A stretch of 63,833 bases of DNA, counting the filler, from Guillardia theta CCMP2712 (taxonomy: Eukaryota > Protista > Cryptophyta), in NCBI RefSeq assembly GCF_000315625.1. It is 5 parts of 5 records of this genome, joined end to end, with 100 filler letters (N's around TTAATTAATTAA, not from the genome) between each part and the next. Parts side by side here need not be neighbours in the genome. Positions count along the whole stretch, not along the records: positions 47,623 to 60,738 come from NW_005434305.1; 4 more parts are not named here. One strand, given 5' to 3'. Under the pieces are notes generated by a model that was not told where the DNA came from, ran no database searches, and saw only the letters and a list, made by a program, of their open reading frames with translations. Below, one piece after another: positions 50,099-60,838 of the stretch. The number at the start of each line of letters is the position of its first letter. Within the stretch, counting starts at the first letter, position 1. Made by a program: the position numbers and the translations under genes.

Positions 50099-50746
50099 GT
50101 TTTACTCAAGTTTCCTATTTGAGAATTTTTCTAAGTGTAGCGCGATGGCGGGATGTGACAGGTTGATGCTCGCTTTCTCAAGTATATGGACTAAACAGTC
50201 AAGAAATATGCTTGCATATTTGATAATTATGAGTATGTTAATCATTTGGCACCTTATTAGACATTGCTTAAGATCGAAATGTACAGCATTCTTCCTGAGA
50301 AGGCATGTATCATAAGTGATGAAGGGAAGTCGTAGAGAGACAAATGCATGGATAGAGTGCGCAAGTGAGTGAGGGAAGAAGGGACGGATGAAGGGACTGG
50401 GAAAGCGAGATGGCAGGGAGAGATAGAGAGTGGGTGGCTGGAACGGAGGTCATGAAATCAAGCATATTGCAACTTGGTTATATCAAACTGAATGTACTTG
50501 CAGGGAGTGGCCGACGGTGCCTGCCTCAATGCGATTGGGATCAGCCTTGTAGATTGGGATCAGCCTTCCTGTGGCCCTCGAACTTGTTTCAAACACGTGA
50601 CAATGTGATTCACTCTTATTACATTCATCAGTTAACTTAGGTCTCGGATCTCACAGCCTTCCTGCGTTTCAGGCTGATGGCCATCGAACTTGTTTCCAAA
50701 GTTCAAACACGTGACAATGTGATTCACTCTTATCACATTCATTAAC

Positions 50747-52939
50747 TTAGGTCTCGGATCTCACAGCCTTCCGGCGTTTCTTGTTGCCTCTCAGCACACG
50801 TACTACTGTCATCCAACACAGCTGCGAAAATCTTGACATGTCACCATTCGTCTCTGTCTTAGTCACCTTCTCATATTCCTCGAAAAGATAATTTTCGCAT
50901 TGATCAAACATGAAACCTGCCTCAATGCGATTGGGATCAGCCTTGTAGATGTCAAGAGCTTCAGCCTCTTCCTTGATGCGTTTCGACAGATATTTCATAT
51001 CAGAATGCCTCTTTCCGTCATATTTGGTGGGAAAGTCAATCCCTCTAAGGCGCTTGAAAGGACCTTTTCGAGTTTCCGCATGTCCGAAGTGATACAACAT
51101 GTAGGCGCATCTCGTGGTCATCTTTGCCCAAGGGAATGTACCTTTCTGCGGCTTCCTGGTCGCATTCCGTGAACGACGTGCATTACTTACATCCTGTCCC
51201 TGTAATGAACCCAATCCATCGTTCTCCTCATCACGATTTACCAGCCTGCGCACCCCACTGTCCTCGGTTCTGGTAATGATGGTATCCAGTTTGTCACTTA
51301 CACTCACAAACATGTCATAGACACTTCGGCCCGGCACCCTCTCTCCTTGCTGAACGCTAGTGGTAGAACCGCCGGTCACTGATGTGACGGTGCCATCGCC
51401 GTCACCCCCGACGTCGTGACAACGCTGGCATGGCATTCTTGACTGTTCTTCCTGTTTCCGAATCATGCCTTTCATTTCAGCCATTTCGCCTTTGATTTCT
51501 CCCACTTCGCTTTTGATTTCTCCCATTTCTTTCAACAGGCATGTATGCGATGTTATCCCCGTCGCAACTCTTCCGTGCGCCTCAGTTGTAACGAATTTCT
51601 TCAACGTATCTATGAATCCCTCGTGAATAAACAATTCCGTTTGAAACAGAGGATGGTTCATGGGCATTGTATCACGAAGAAATTTTTCGTGGTAGATGAC
51701 AGACGCCAGAGATTGTTCAACAAGCCTCCTAAGCCGTGCATTTCCCTGAATGCATGGATATAATTGGTCCATGATCTCATTAATCTCTCGCCGTGTTTCA
51801 CTGGTCTCACACCAGAACATAGGCGGTAGAGCCGCGAATTCAGGTTTGTCTGTGGGTAACCCACAACATGTTCTTCCTACCTAGTGGGGGTTCAATTGAA
51901 GTCAAATATTGGCCGCAGTATTTTCAACTTACTTGCTGGTCTCCAGCGGCCTCGTATCTGAGATACGTGTCATGTATCGTACCCATTTTCCAACCAGCTC
52001 GCAGAGAAATCGCACTTATGCTTGGTCCGCTGGTAGTTCCTGACGAAGTATATGTCGCTGATCCTTTTCTGATACTATGTGTGCCTGTATGGAGCATCAA
52101 ATCAAGTTGTGAATGACTACGGTGTAATGAGCCCTATTCACCTAAGTCTCCGACGTGCAAACCGTTATTCTCAAGAGCTTAACAGGTACATCGTAAAGAT
52201 GCACGATGTACATTAACGATGATCGGTACGAACTACATGTCGAGAAGGCAAGATCTGGTTTTTCTCTCAACAGAAATGAGATCCAGTGCATGAAATGCTC
52301 TGCTTTGAATCTTACGAAGTCGATGGGAATAATATCCTTCTGGGACAGAATATGTTCTAAGTAATGGGCTGTCGGTAAGCCATTGGGTGTTTTTCGGCCC
52401 TCTGCCGCCTCCAAGTCTTGCAGAAAGGCTGGGGTAATCAGACCATATGTTCGCTGGTTTGCAAATAACCATTCAAGAAACCTAGTCATGTGCTGACGAT
52501 ACATTGTACGTATACTGTCAGCCAGATTATTGTTCAAAATGTCTTCAGTGTCTCGACGTAATTGTTCTATTTCTGAGATCGGCAGTTGCAGCATTTCTAG
52601 CGTGGGACGCCGACGCCGCGGCTGTGACAGTGCTGACCGCTGAGACAGTCCGGGAGACGAGTCACTGGCTACCGAGACTGCGATTGCCGGGACTGCAACT
52701 CGGACTTCCTGGCTTGCCATAGCGGCAGCGGCACTGCGCGCAGCATTGGTGATGATGGAACACTGCGATTGTCCACACCTTCCTGTCTGCTCAAAGTCCT
52801 CCGTGCTACCCACACAGATTGCATGGAAAGCACGTTTACACTGACTACACTCTTCTAGAGGACACACTCCAAGGTGCTCAGGAAGTACCTTGCATCCCTC
52901 AGCAAATAAGCACAATGATTGCGCAGGCCCCCGATCCAT
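50747..52939 (-). pseudogene. Crypton (CryptonS-like) tyrosine recombinase with an N-terminal PHD-like Cys/His finger; frameshifting internal deletion at ~52180
   Basis: Spliced reading: ...GDLG|THSIRKGSATYTSSGTTSGPSISAISLRAGWKMGTIHDTYLRYEAAGDQQ|VGRTCCGLPTDKPEFAALPPMF, with introns at 52141-52085 and 51932-51881. Core-binding-like SIRTMYRQHMTRFLEWL and STCSSYRSSLMY lie upstream. The region that should carry the first catalytic Arg and the Lys is absent. Confidence 0.85.
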
Positions 52940-53350
52940 TGTTGCGGCCCCAACTTTGTACCGAAGAGTTTAGCGGAAATAGCCAGGATGATTAGAGATG
53001 TATCCTGAGGCGGAGAGGTAGTTGTACTGTTAATAATGAATAAGTAATACTTGATTCCAACTTTTTTGAATCTTCGATATCAGATAGGCCTAGCAGCATA
53101 CGATTTTGGTCATATCTATATACCATACTACAAACGTATTTTCCACCTTTCGTGAAGTCTGTACCTACCCCAATGATTGCGTTGGAATTTACAATCTCAT
53201 CGCCCTCCATCACAAGCATCATCGTCCTCATACCCCTCATCATCACCCTCACATACCGTTTCATCACCCTCATGAAATTCCAGCATCGAGTAAAAAACCT
53301 AGTAGTATTATTCCAACAGGGTTCAGGAAATTTTAACTTAACTTCTCTCC

Positions 53351-53391
53351 TGATTGTCCTCGTACTGATTTTTAACTTAACTTTGAGTAAA
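53351..53391 (-). repeat. Dispersed 41-bp motif, reverse orientation; partial copies at 53331-53344 and 53431-53442
   Basis: Exact reverse complement of 8540-8580. Confidence 0.9.
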
Positions 53392-53658
53392 GAGTCCCAA
53401 GTCACAGAGGAAGCTGTAATGTTTGTTTGTACTTTGAGTAAAAGTTTGTGATACGAGTCGGCCTCCGACACCTTGAAGACGCGAGATCGGATCGTGCCAC
53501 GGGCCCGCCGCGCCACTACCGTACGCCGGTACCGTACGGTGATCACTCAGCGGCCCTGCCGGCCCGGCCGGTGAACGAGTCGGATCCGGTGCCCGAACTT
53601 CCCGAAGCTGTCCTAGTCCGTTGAACCCAAGGGATTTTTGTTCATCACTCTGATCACC

Positions 53659-53695
53659 ATGATCAAGAGCAAGGAGGCTGAGGAGCAGAAGCAGC

Positions 53696-53786
<91 letters not shown>

Positions 53787-55890
53787 TGAACGAGAAGAAC
53801 ATAGATATAAATATGACGAGAAGAAAGAGGAGCAGGAGCGAGGGAAGCGGTTGAAGGATTCAATCGTCTGGCCTAGCTTCAACAAAGAAAACTTTCATAA
53901 CACACAAGACAAGAATCTACGAGGCCTGCAGCAGGCGTTGAATGCATCACTCCAGCAGATCAGGAGGAGTGCTCTTCAAGAAATTGAGACCATCAAGAGA
54001 GCGTTCATGAGAGAAAAAGCAAGCACAGTGATGCGCTTGGGAAGAAGGAGAAGAGCTAAATTCTGGGCTGCGGGACTTCATGAATCAAGTCCCTTGACAG
54101 ATATAGAAGATAGCTTTCGAGAGCACAAGCAGCAGAGTCAGAAGAGTCTCTTCATAAAGAAGAAGAAGTACTTGTTGCAGGAGCTGGAGAGGAGAATGGA
54201 GAGAGAGGAAGAGAGGGATTTCAAGCACATGCTGTCACAACTTGATCAAGAAGAACGAATAGAAGATGAACGCTTAAGGCAAGACCACAAGGTGGAATCT
54301 CGATTGCTGTCCCGGGATATCTTTCGCCACTACGAATTCATGTACAGGGAGAACATGCTGGATTGTGGCTTCAACAAGGACGTGTTGCTCATGTTCAGTC
54401 TCAAGTATATGGACGCCGAAAAGGCGATCAGGCTGCGGGAAGATTTCAACTTGGAGAGAAAAGTGAAGATGCGAGATGCGCATCTGAACCTCGGAACACA
54501 TCAGAGCTCAGAGTTGAGCCAGCTAGAGCAAGCGCGGCTGAAGAAGAAGCGGCTTGCGGTGGAAGACAGGTTGAGGCTATGGGACCTCAAGAAGAAGTCC
54601 GCAAGGCTGAACCTCGAATCTCGATTGAAGGAGGAGCAAAGGAATGCTGAATCTTCACTGGCGCAACAGAAACTCTCTGAATTGACTTCAGGGTCGGTGG
54701 CGACACCGCCGACAGTCAAGGTGCAGACTGTTCCAGAACTCCCGGAGAGTCGAGCGTCAGTGCAGCTCCTTGCAAAGACAGTCGGAGGTCAGTCGAACCT
54801 GTCGAGGCTTCCAGCAAAGTTGCAGTTGTCCAAAGTGTCCTTTGTGCGTGAGGAAGCTGTGATTAGGGATTTTGAACAGCAAATCCAGAGGCTGATAGAG
54901 ACAACGAGAAAGGAGATGCAAGCGAAGTTCGAGGAGTCCAACGACAGGTTCTTGCGATTTTGTAAAGCAGCATGGCAGAAGCTCGTGGAGAGAAGAAAGC
55001 ACTACCGGAGATTCCGTGACCTCTCAATGAAGGCAGTGGAGAGGGCGAAGATGACCATTATGTTCGACGAGCCAACGAGAGCGAGGATGAAGCAACTTGT
55101 TCAAGTGATGCCTGCTCCTACAACCAAGGCTGGTGCTGGACATGCCGCTCAGTCCATCCCACATCTCAGGATGCAAGAGGAGCAAGGAGGAGGGTGGGGG
55201 GCGAGGGATTTTTCCTGCAGTGCCATTCACTCCTGGGCGAGGAGCTCGACCTCGTGGCTGCGGGCAGATGCCAAGAACGAGCCCCCAGCTCGTGCGGTGC
55301 TGGGGGTAGGTGATGTGGTCAGAGCACACTGCCGGGTGAAGGGAAAGAGGAGCAGCAAGACGGAGAGAGCGCAGGTGGTGGAGGGAGGAGGGAGAGACGG
55401 TCTTGTGACGTTGCACTTCGACGGGGATGTAGTGCAGCGAGTGCCGGAGGGGTGGGTCGTCCTCGTGGTGCCAAGGGGAGAAGAGGCCCTCCCGAAAGCA
55501 ACGCGGAAGAGAATTTTAGTTGGCTACGTGGCGGTCCTGGAGGAGGAGCTGTCTGTAGAGGAGGGAGAGCTGGTCACCGTGCTGGGAGATAAAGACGCTC
55601 CAGCTGGATGGCTGCTGGTGGAGAGGGAAGGGGGAAGTCCCGTAAGAACCAGAGGGCTGATCCCAGAGGGCTGCATTGACTCGACCTTCCTCCCTTTGGA
55701 CAATCCCACGTTCAAGCTGCGGATGGTTGAGGAGAGAAGCGAAGGGTCCAAGATGATGGAGCGAGGAGAACAACGATTCGAGGATAAAGGGAGTGCCGGA
55801 GGAGAGAATCCGGACGGCGTAAAGTCGTCGCCCTTCCTATGGTCCAACACTCACTTCCAACGGCCCAGCCATCTTGTCAGCCCTCTGTGA
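53659..55890 (+). CDS. Intronless coiled-coil protein with C-terminal Tudor-like and SH3 domains
   Basis: Long charged helical region; LGVGDVVRAH...AQVV...VTLHFDGD (Tudor-like); GYVAVLEEELSVEEGELVTVL...GWLLVE...GLIPEGCI (SH3); (QE)n tract from a GAGCAG repeat. Confidence 0.7.
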
Positions 55891-55974
55891 CGACATGTGC
55901 GCTATAAAGTCTTCTTGTGTTGTGAATATTTACAATATCAAGGAATTCAGCTATAAAAACATACCCGCTCTTCA

Positions 55975-57998
55975 AAGACTGTCGTCATCGCTGGATTCGC
56001 CGTCTTGGAATCCAGAAACCAATAGCAAGAGAAGATCCATCTGGCCCCTCAACACTGACACGTCCTCCACACTCAGCCCTTGAGGAGCCTGTCCCAACCC
56101 TTCAGCTCCTCCCCTCATTCTCCCTGCACGATCTGAACCTTAGTGAGGAGGTCCAGCTTCGGCCGCATACTCAGCACCTGCTCATCCTCGTACAGTCAGA
56201 AGAAAAGGAGGAGGATGGAGTCAGGAGACATTCTCTGGAGACACGGTAGCTGAGAGGAGATAGGACGGGAAGCCCTTCTCCTCCAGCCACTTTGCCAGAC
56301 GCCCCTCGAGTTCCTGGGGAGGACGATGATCAAGACATTCAGTGTTTCGCTCTCAGGCTCCTGTCCAGCACCTTCCTGTCGAAGGAGTCCTTGGTGTAGA
56401 GGTCGGGAGTCTTCAGCGTTCGCAGAGTGTCGACAACCCTTCAATGACGAGATGAGCCTTGCGAACATACAAGGCAGCATCACCTGAGAACGTAGATGTC
56501 GGCAGCTGTTCTTCCCTCATCGTCCTTCATAGTCGCACTGTCACGGAGCTGACAGGGAAGGCACACGGGGGATCTCACGAGGATGTCTCTCTTTGCGCCG
56601 TAGGAGAGCAGGAGAGTCGCCACCTCCCTGTTCTGGTGGATAGAAGCGACCTGCGATCCAGCCATCAACAAGGAAGAAGCGGAGGCATCAGATCCTCGAC
56701 GTGGAGCGGTGTCATGCCCTTGAGGTTCTGTACATTGATGTTCGCTCTCGCTCGAATCAAGATGTCAACTACTGACGCATACCCCCTCCTGCCAACCAAC
56801 CACCTCAGCCTCCATGCACGGCAAGGCTTGCACGTCCTACATGGTCGCCAGGTGGAGCGGAGTGTCCCCTGCCTGACTGCCAGCGTCGATGTCCATCTCA
56901 AACTGCTTCTTGAGAAGTCTGCAGGCACATGAGAACCTTGCAAGGAGAGGGGGGGGGGGACTGGGGTTTCTTACAGCTGCACAATCTCCACGAACGGCCT
57001 CCATCTCCCGTCCTTGAGCTGCTTGCCGTTGCACGCCCAGTGCATCGCATTCCATCCGAACCTGTTTGACCAGGACACGTGAACAAGTCCAGAAAGTCTA
57101 CTGGGACTAGTCACTCAGTCTTGATGTTCGGATCGCATGCCTTCCTCTTCAAGATCAGCTGCAAGGTTCCAACGGATTGTCAGGGTTGGCAACAATACTA
57201 GAGTTCTCTTCACCTGACAGGACTTCAAGTTCCCGTTCCAGATCGTGTGCACTAGTGCAGTGTTGCCTCGCTGTGTCTTGATGGCAGGATTGAAATGTGA
57301 GTTGCAGTCTAAGATCTGAAAGCATGCTTCAACCCAGGCATCGTTTGAGATGAGGCCTCACTAGCTTCAGGATCTGATACTTCCTGTCAACCACCGCAGG
57401 CTCCTCCACCGCTGGATCGCACTCAGTAGCCCAGTGTAGAGCAGTCCAGCCAAACCTTCCGGTGAGAACTATGAGAAAGAGGAGAGGTGCTAAGGCGATT
57501 GCCAGCAAGGGAGGGATGGGGCTAGGAGCAAATGGGAAGAAGCAAGCAAAACGACAACGAGGGAGGAGGCCTGACCGATCTTTGTAAGTCAAGAATCTTC
57601 GGAGATCCTCTGACGACTCGGCAGCTTGAGGCCGCGACTTCTCGTGGATCAGGTCCTAGACGGTTTGTCAGTTGTACGTTCACACCACGTCAAATTCACA
57701 CCATCGCCTTGTGTAAGTCGCCGATTCTCGCGTACTCCATGAGCCTACTCCAGTCTTCGTCCTTCTCCTTGGCGCGAGCCTCCTCGTCGTCCTCTTCTAC
57801 CTCTACTAAGTAATCTGCCAGTTCAGCCTCCACGAGAGCTTCGAGCTCGGGCATAGACAGGCGCGCGCTCTCAATCTCTTCTGCTTTCATCCTCACATAG
57901 TCTCCGTCTTGTGTCTGAGCATATCCTGCGCAACGCCACAACTTATCCCAGAAGTCTGAGTCCGCCTCCTCGTGCAAGTTCCTCGCCGTGCTATGCAT
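55975..57998 (-). CDS. Ankyrin-repeat protein, multi-exon
   Basis: FGWTALHWAT, RGNTALVHTI, FGWNAMHWAC, AGDTPLHLA and KGMTPLHV repeats; ends approximate. Confidence 0.8.
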
Positions 57999-58296
57999 GG
58001 CCAGGTTTCGTTTCTCTCGCCATGCCACTTGCCTCGAGCCGAGATGGACTGGACTATCATAATGCACATGAAGTGCAGATGCTGCCGATGCTCCTCCTCC
58101 TCCTCCTCCTCCTCCTCCTCCTCCTCCTCCTCCTCCTCCTCCTCCTCCTCCTCCTCCTCCTCCTCCTCCCGATGCCCCTCCTCCTGTGGCCCGCCCTCCT
58201 GCTCTCCCATCCTCCTGCATTGTTCGCAAAACTACCCCTCCTTTTTAAATTTTGAGTACCCCACCCCCTGGCATCCCCGTGAAGCACTCCCTGCCC

Positions 58297-59531
58297 ATGT
58301 CCGGGCGCATGCAGCAAACCGCGCGGCTGATGAGGCCTGCACAGCTAGTTCTTCTCCTCCTCCCTCTCCTCTCTTCTCTGATCTCTCCCTCCGGCTCCTG
58401 CCCTCCTCAGCGTGTCTTCCCTCTCCCTCAGCCCTCCTCTTCGTCTTCGTCCCAACTTCCTCCTACGTTCTCAGTCCCTTCCACCCGCCTGTCTCTTCGG
58501 GGAGGGTCAGAACAGCTGATGAAGAAAGCGTGGGAGGAAACTGTACAGGATAGGAAGTACATCTCGATGCAGGAAAAGCAAATCGATGAGGACCTTGTCA
58601 CTCTCAACCAGACTCTGGCGGAGGTGATATGGGATGGCTGGAGAGGAGGGTACAACTCACGAGTGGGACCAGATCGATACGTACTACGAAGAGGACGAGG
58701 AAGCAGAGTACACTGAAAGCAACCCCAAGTGGAAGCTTATCATCCCAAAGCACTTCATGGATCCTGAGAACTTAACTTCGGACTTGGGTAGCTTGTGAGG
58801 AGCAGCAGCATCAGCGCTGACGGGAAGACGCAGGCCCAAAGCATCATCCTCCGTTTCCTGTGGTACCAACAGCTGCCATGATGGACCCCTCGACAAGAAT
58901 GCGCGAGAGCGCATGCCGTGGGCGAACATGGGAAGTGATTGAATTGATTGAACAGCAGGGAGCACAGGTGGAACTCGAGAGGCGGTCTGTGGGCTGTGCT
59001 GACATCCCACCCTTCCACGTGCCAGGTGAACAAGGCAGATGAGTTTGGTCTTTATGCTGCATTGCACTGGGCGAGCTTGATGGGCAAGACAGACACCGTT
59101 CAAAGTTGACAATGCTGCTCCTCTGAAGCTGCAACCTGATGTTGTGCCCAGCGCTGATTGAGAGAGGAGGGAACATCTCGCAGGTGACTAGGCACGGTAG
59201 AACTCCTCTCCACTATGCTGCTGATCAAGGGTGATGGAGGGACTAGCGGATCAGGTCGACTCTCACTTCGTACCCACAGGCATTTGGAGTGTGCAAGAGT
59301 ATTACTCAGTAAGCCCTCATAAACCCTCAGTGATGGCATGACAGTCTTCAGACGCGGGCGCCGATACCAACCTGAGAGATATTGATGACCGTACTCCCTT
59401 GCAGCTTGCTAAGAATGCAGGACACGTCGCAGTCATGGAGGTAGTTTGCTCCCTTCAACCGGTCGCCGAGATGTGAAGATCGTGTGTTGCAGTTGCTGGG
59501 GAGCGTGACCAATAACTCTACAGAGGTTTGA
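58297..59531 (+). CDS. Ankyrin-repeat protein with signal peptide and LRGG motif, multi-exon
   Basis: LVLLLLPLLSSLISPSG signal peptide, then RLSLRGG; repeats AALHWASLMG, GRTPLHYAADQG and DRTPLQLAKNAG; stop at 59529-59531. Confidence 0.75.
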
Positions 59532-59769
59532 TGCGTGCTGTGAGATTCTCGTTCTCCTTACTGACTGTCCTGCGCTTCTCTCGGCATCTTTCAGCCTATT
59601 GCACAACTAACAGGCTCAATAGAGAAACTTTCAGTGCAAAGTGAAGCAGAGTAGATCGCTGAAGGGATTTCTCGGTCTGCGAACATTGATAAAGAAGTTT
59701 CTTCATTTTTACACTCTCCTGCTTGGGATAGATTTGAGGACTTTCGGCGTCTCTGAATTTCTGTAGCAC

Positions 59770-60665
59770 CAGTCAGCTCCTCTCCCTCTGCTTCCTCTCT
59801 CCGCTAACCTCCCCGACTTCTCTCGTGGTTGATCTGCACTTTTGTACATGAAAACTTGACCGGGACCAGAGTCTCGCATCTGTAGCTCTTGTCAACGACA
59901 AAGAGAGGAGGGCTGGGGAGGAGGGTACCGGGGCGAACGAGCCAGCGGCTTGTGCTCCTGAAACTAAACGACAACAGATGTTACTGTGAAGCTCTTGATG
60001 TCTTGAGTGATTTTGACCTGCAACCTTGTATTTGGCTTTGTTGATAAAGACTTCATCTGCATGCTCTTCGCTCAAGCTTGACAAGGCCTTCACCAATCTG
60101 ACGCCTCGTGCGTCAAGAACGGCACACAGGAAGCGACATCTTGCCTGACTTCTTCCGCAAACTTGATTCGCAGGTAAGCGGTGTCCAAAGTTTCGTTGTC
60201 TACAACTTCCTTCAACTTCGCAACTGATCCTGTACAGAAACCTCAGCCTCCATCATCAGCAATGGGCAGGGAAGCTGACTTATATTCATGCTGATGGTCA
60301 ACTTGTTAAAGAGATGTCCTGAACAACAAGATAAGGAGAGATGTCGAAACTTGGTGGTTGGACGACCGAGGCTGTTGTCTTTCAAGAATGACTTGAGCTC
60401 TGTTTCCTCTTCATCCATGTCCTTACTGGGCAGTTTCAGCCGAGACCATCGTGCTCAAACTTTGAAACCTGAAAACTTCTTGAATTCTCTTCAGTTTTAT
60501 CCTGAATTTCTTGACATGCACCAGGGACATGTTCAGAGCTGCAGCCATCTCTTCATCGTTCATGCTAGACAGCAGCTTCCCGTCCACTTCTCTCTCCACA
60601 ATGGTGCGAATGCACTTCTTGTCATTTGTGACGCTACGACGTGGATAAGTCACAAGGGCTAACAA
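59770..60665 (-). CDS. SAM-domain-containing protein fragment (5' part in gap)
   Basis: IVEREVDGKLLSSMNDEEMAAALNMSLVHVKKFRIKL is a SAM domain; further short exons lie downstream. Confidence 0.55.
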
Positions 60666-60838
60666 CTGTAAGCGGTGTTTGATCTGTAGAATTTACGCTG
60701 CCTGGCCGTCTCCCCCACCCTTCAGCCCTCCCCCCCCCNNNNNNNNNNNNNNNNNNNNNNNNNNNNNNNNNNNNNNNNNNNNTTAATTAATTAANNNNNN
60801 NNNNNNNNNNNNNNNNNNNNNNNNNNNNNNNNNNNNNN

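Larger units (their letters stand above)
50001..53391 (-). mobile_element. Crypton-like tyrosine-recombinase DNA transposon, internally deleted, bracketed by 23-bp inverted repeats
   Basis: YR gene inside; 50001-50023 is the exact reverse complement of 53369-53391. That these repeats are the true element ends is inferred. Confidence 0.6.
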
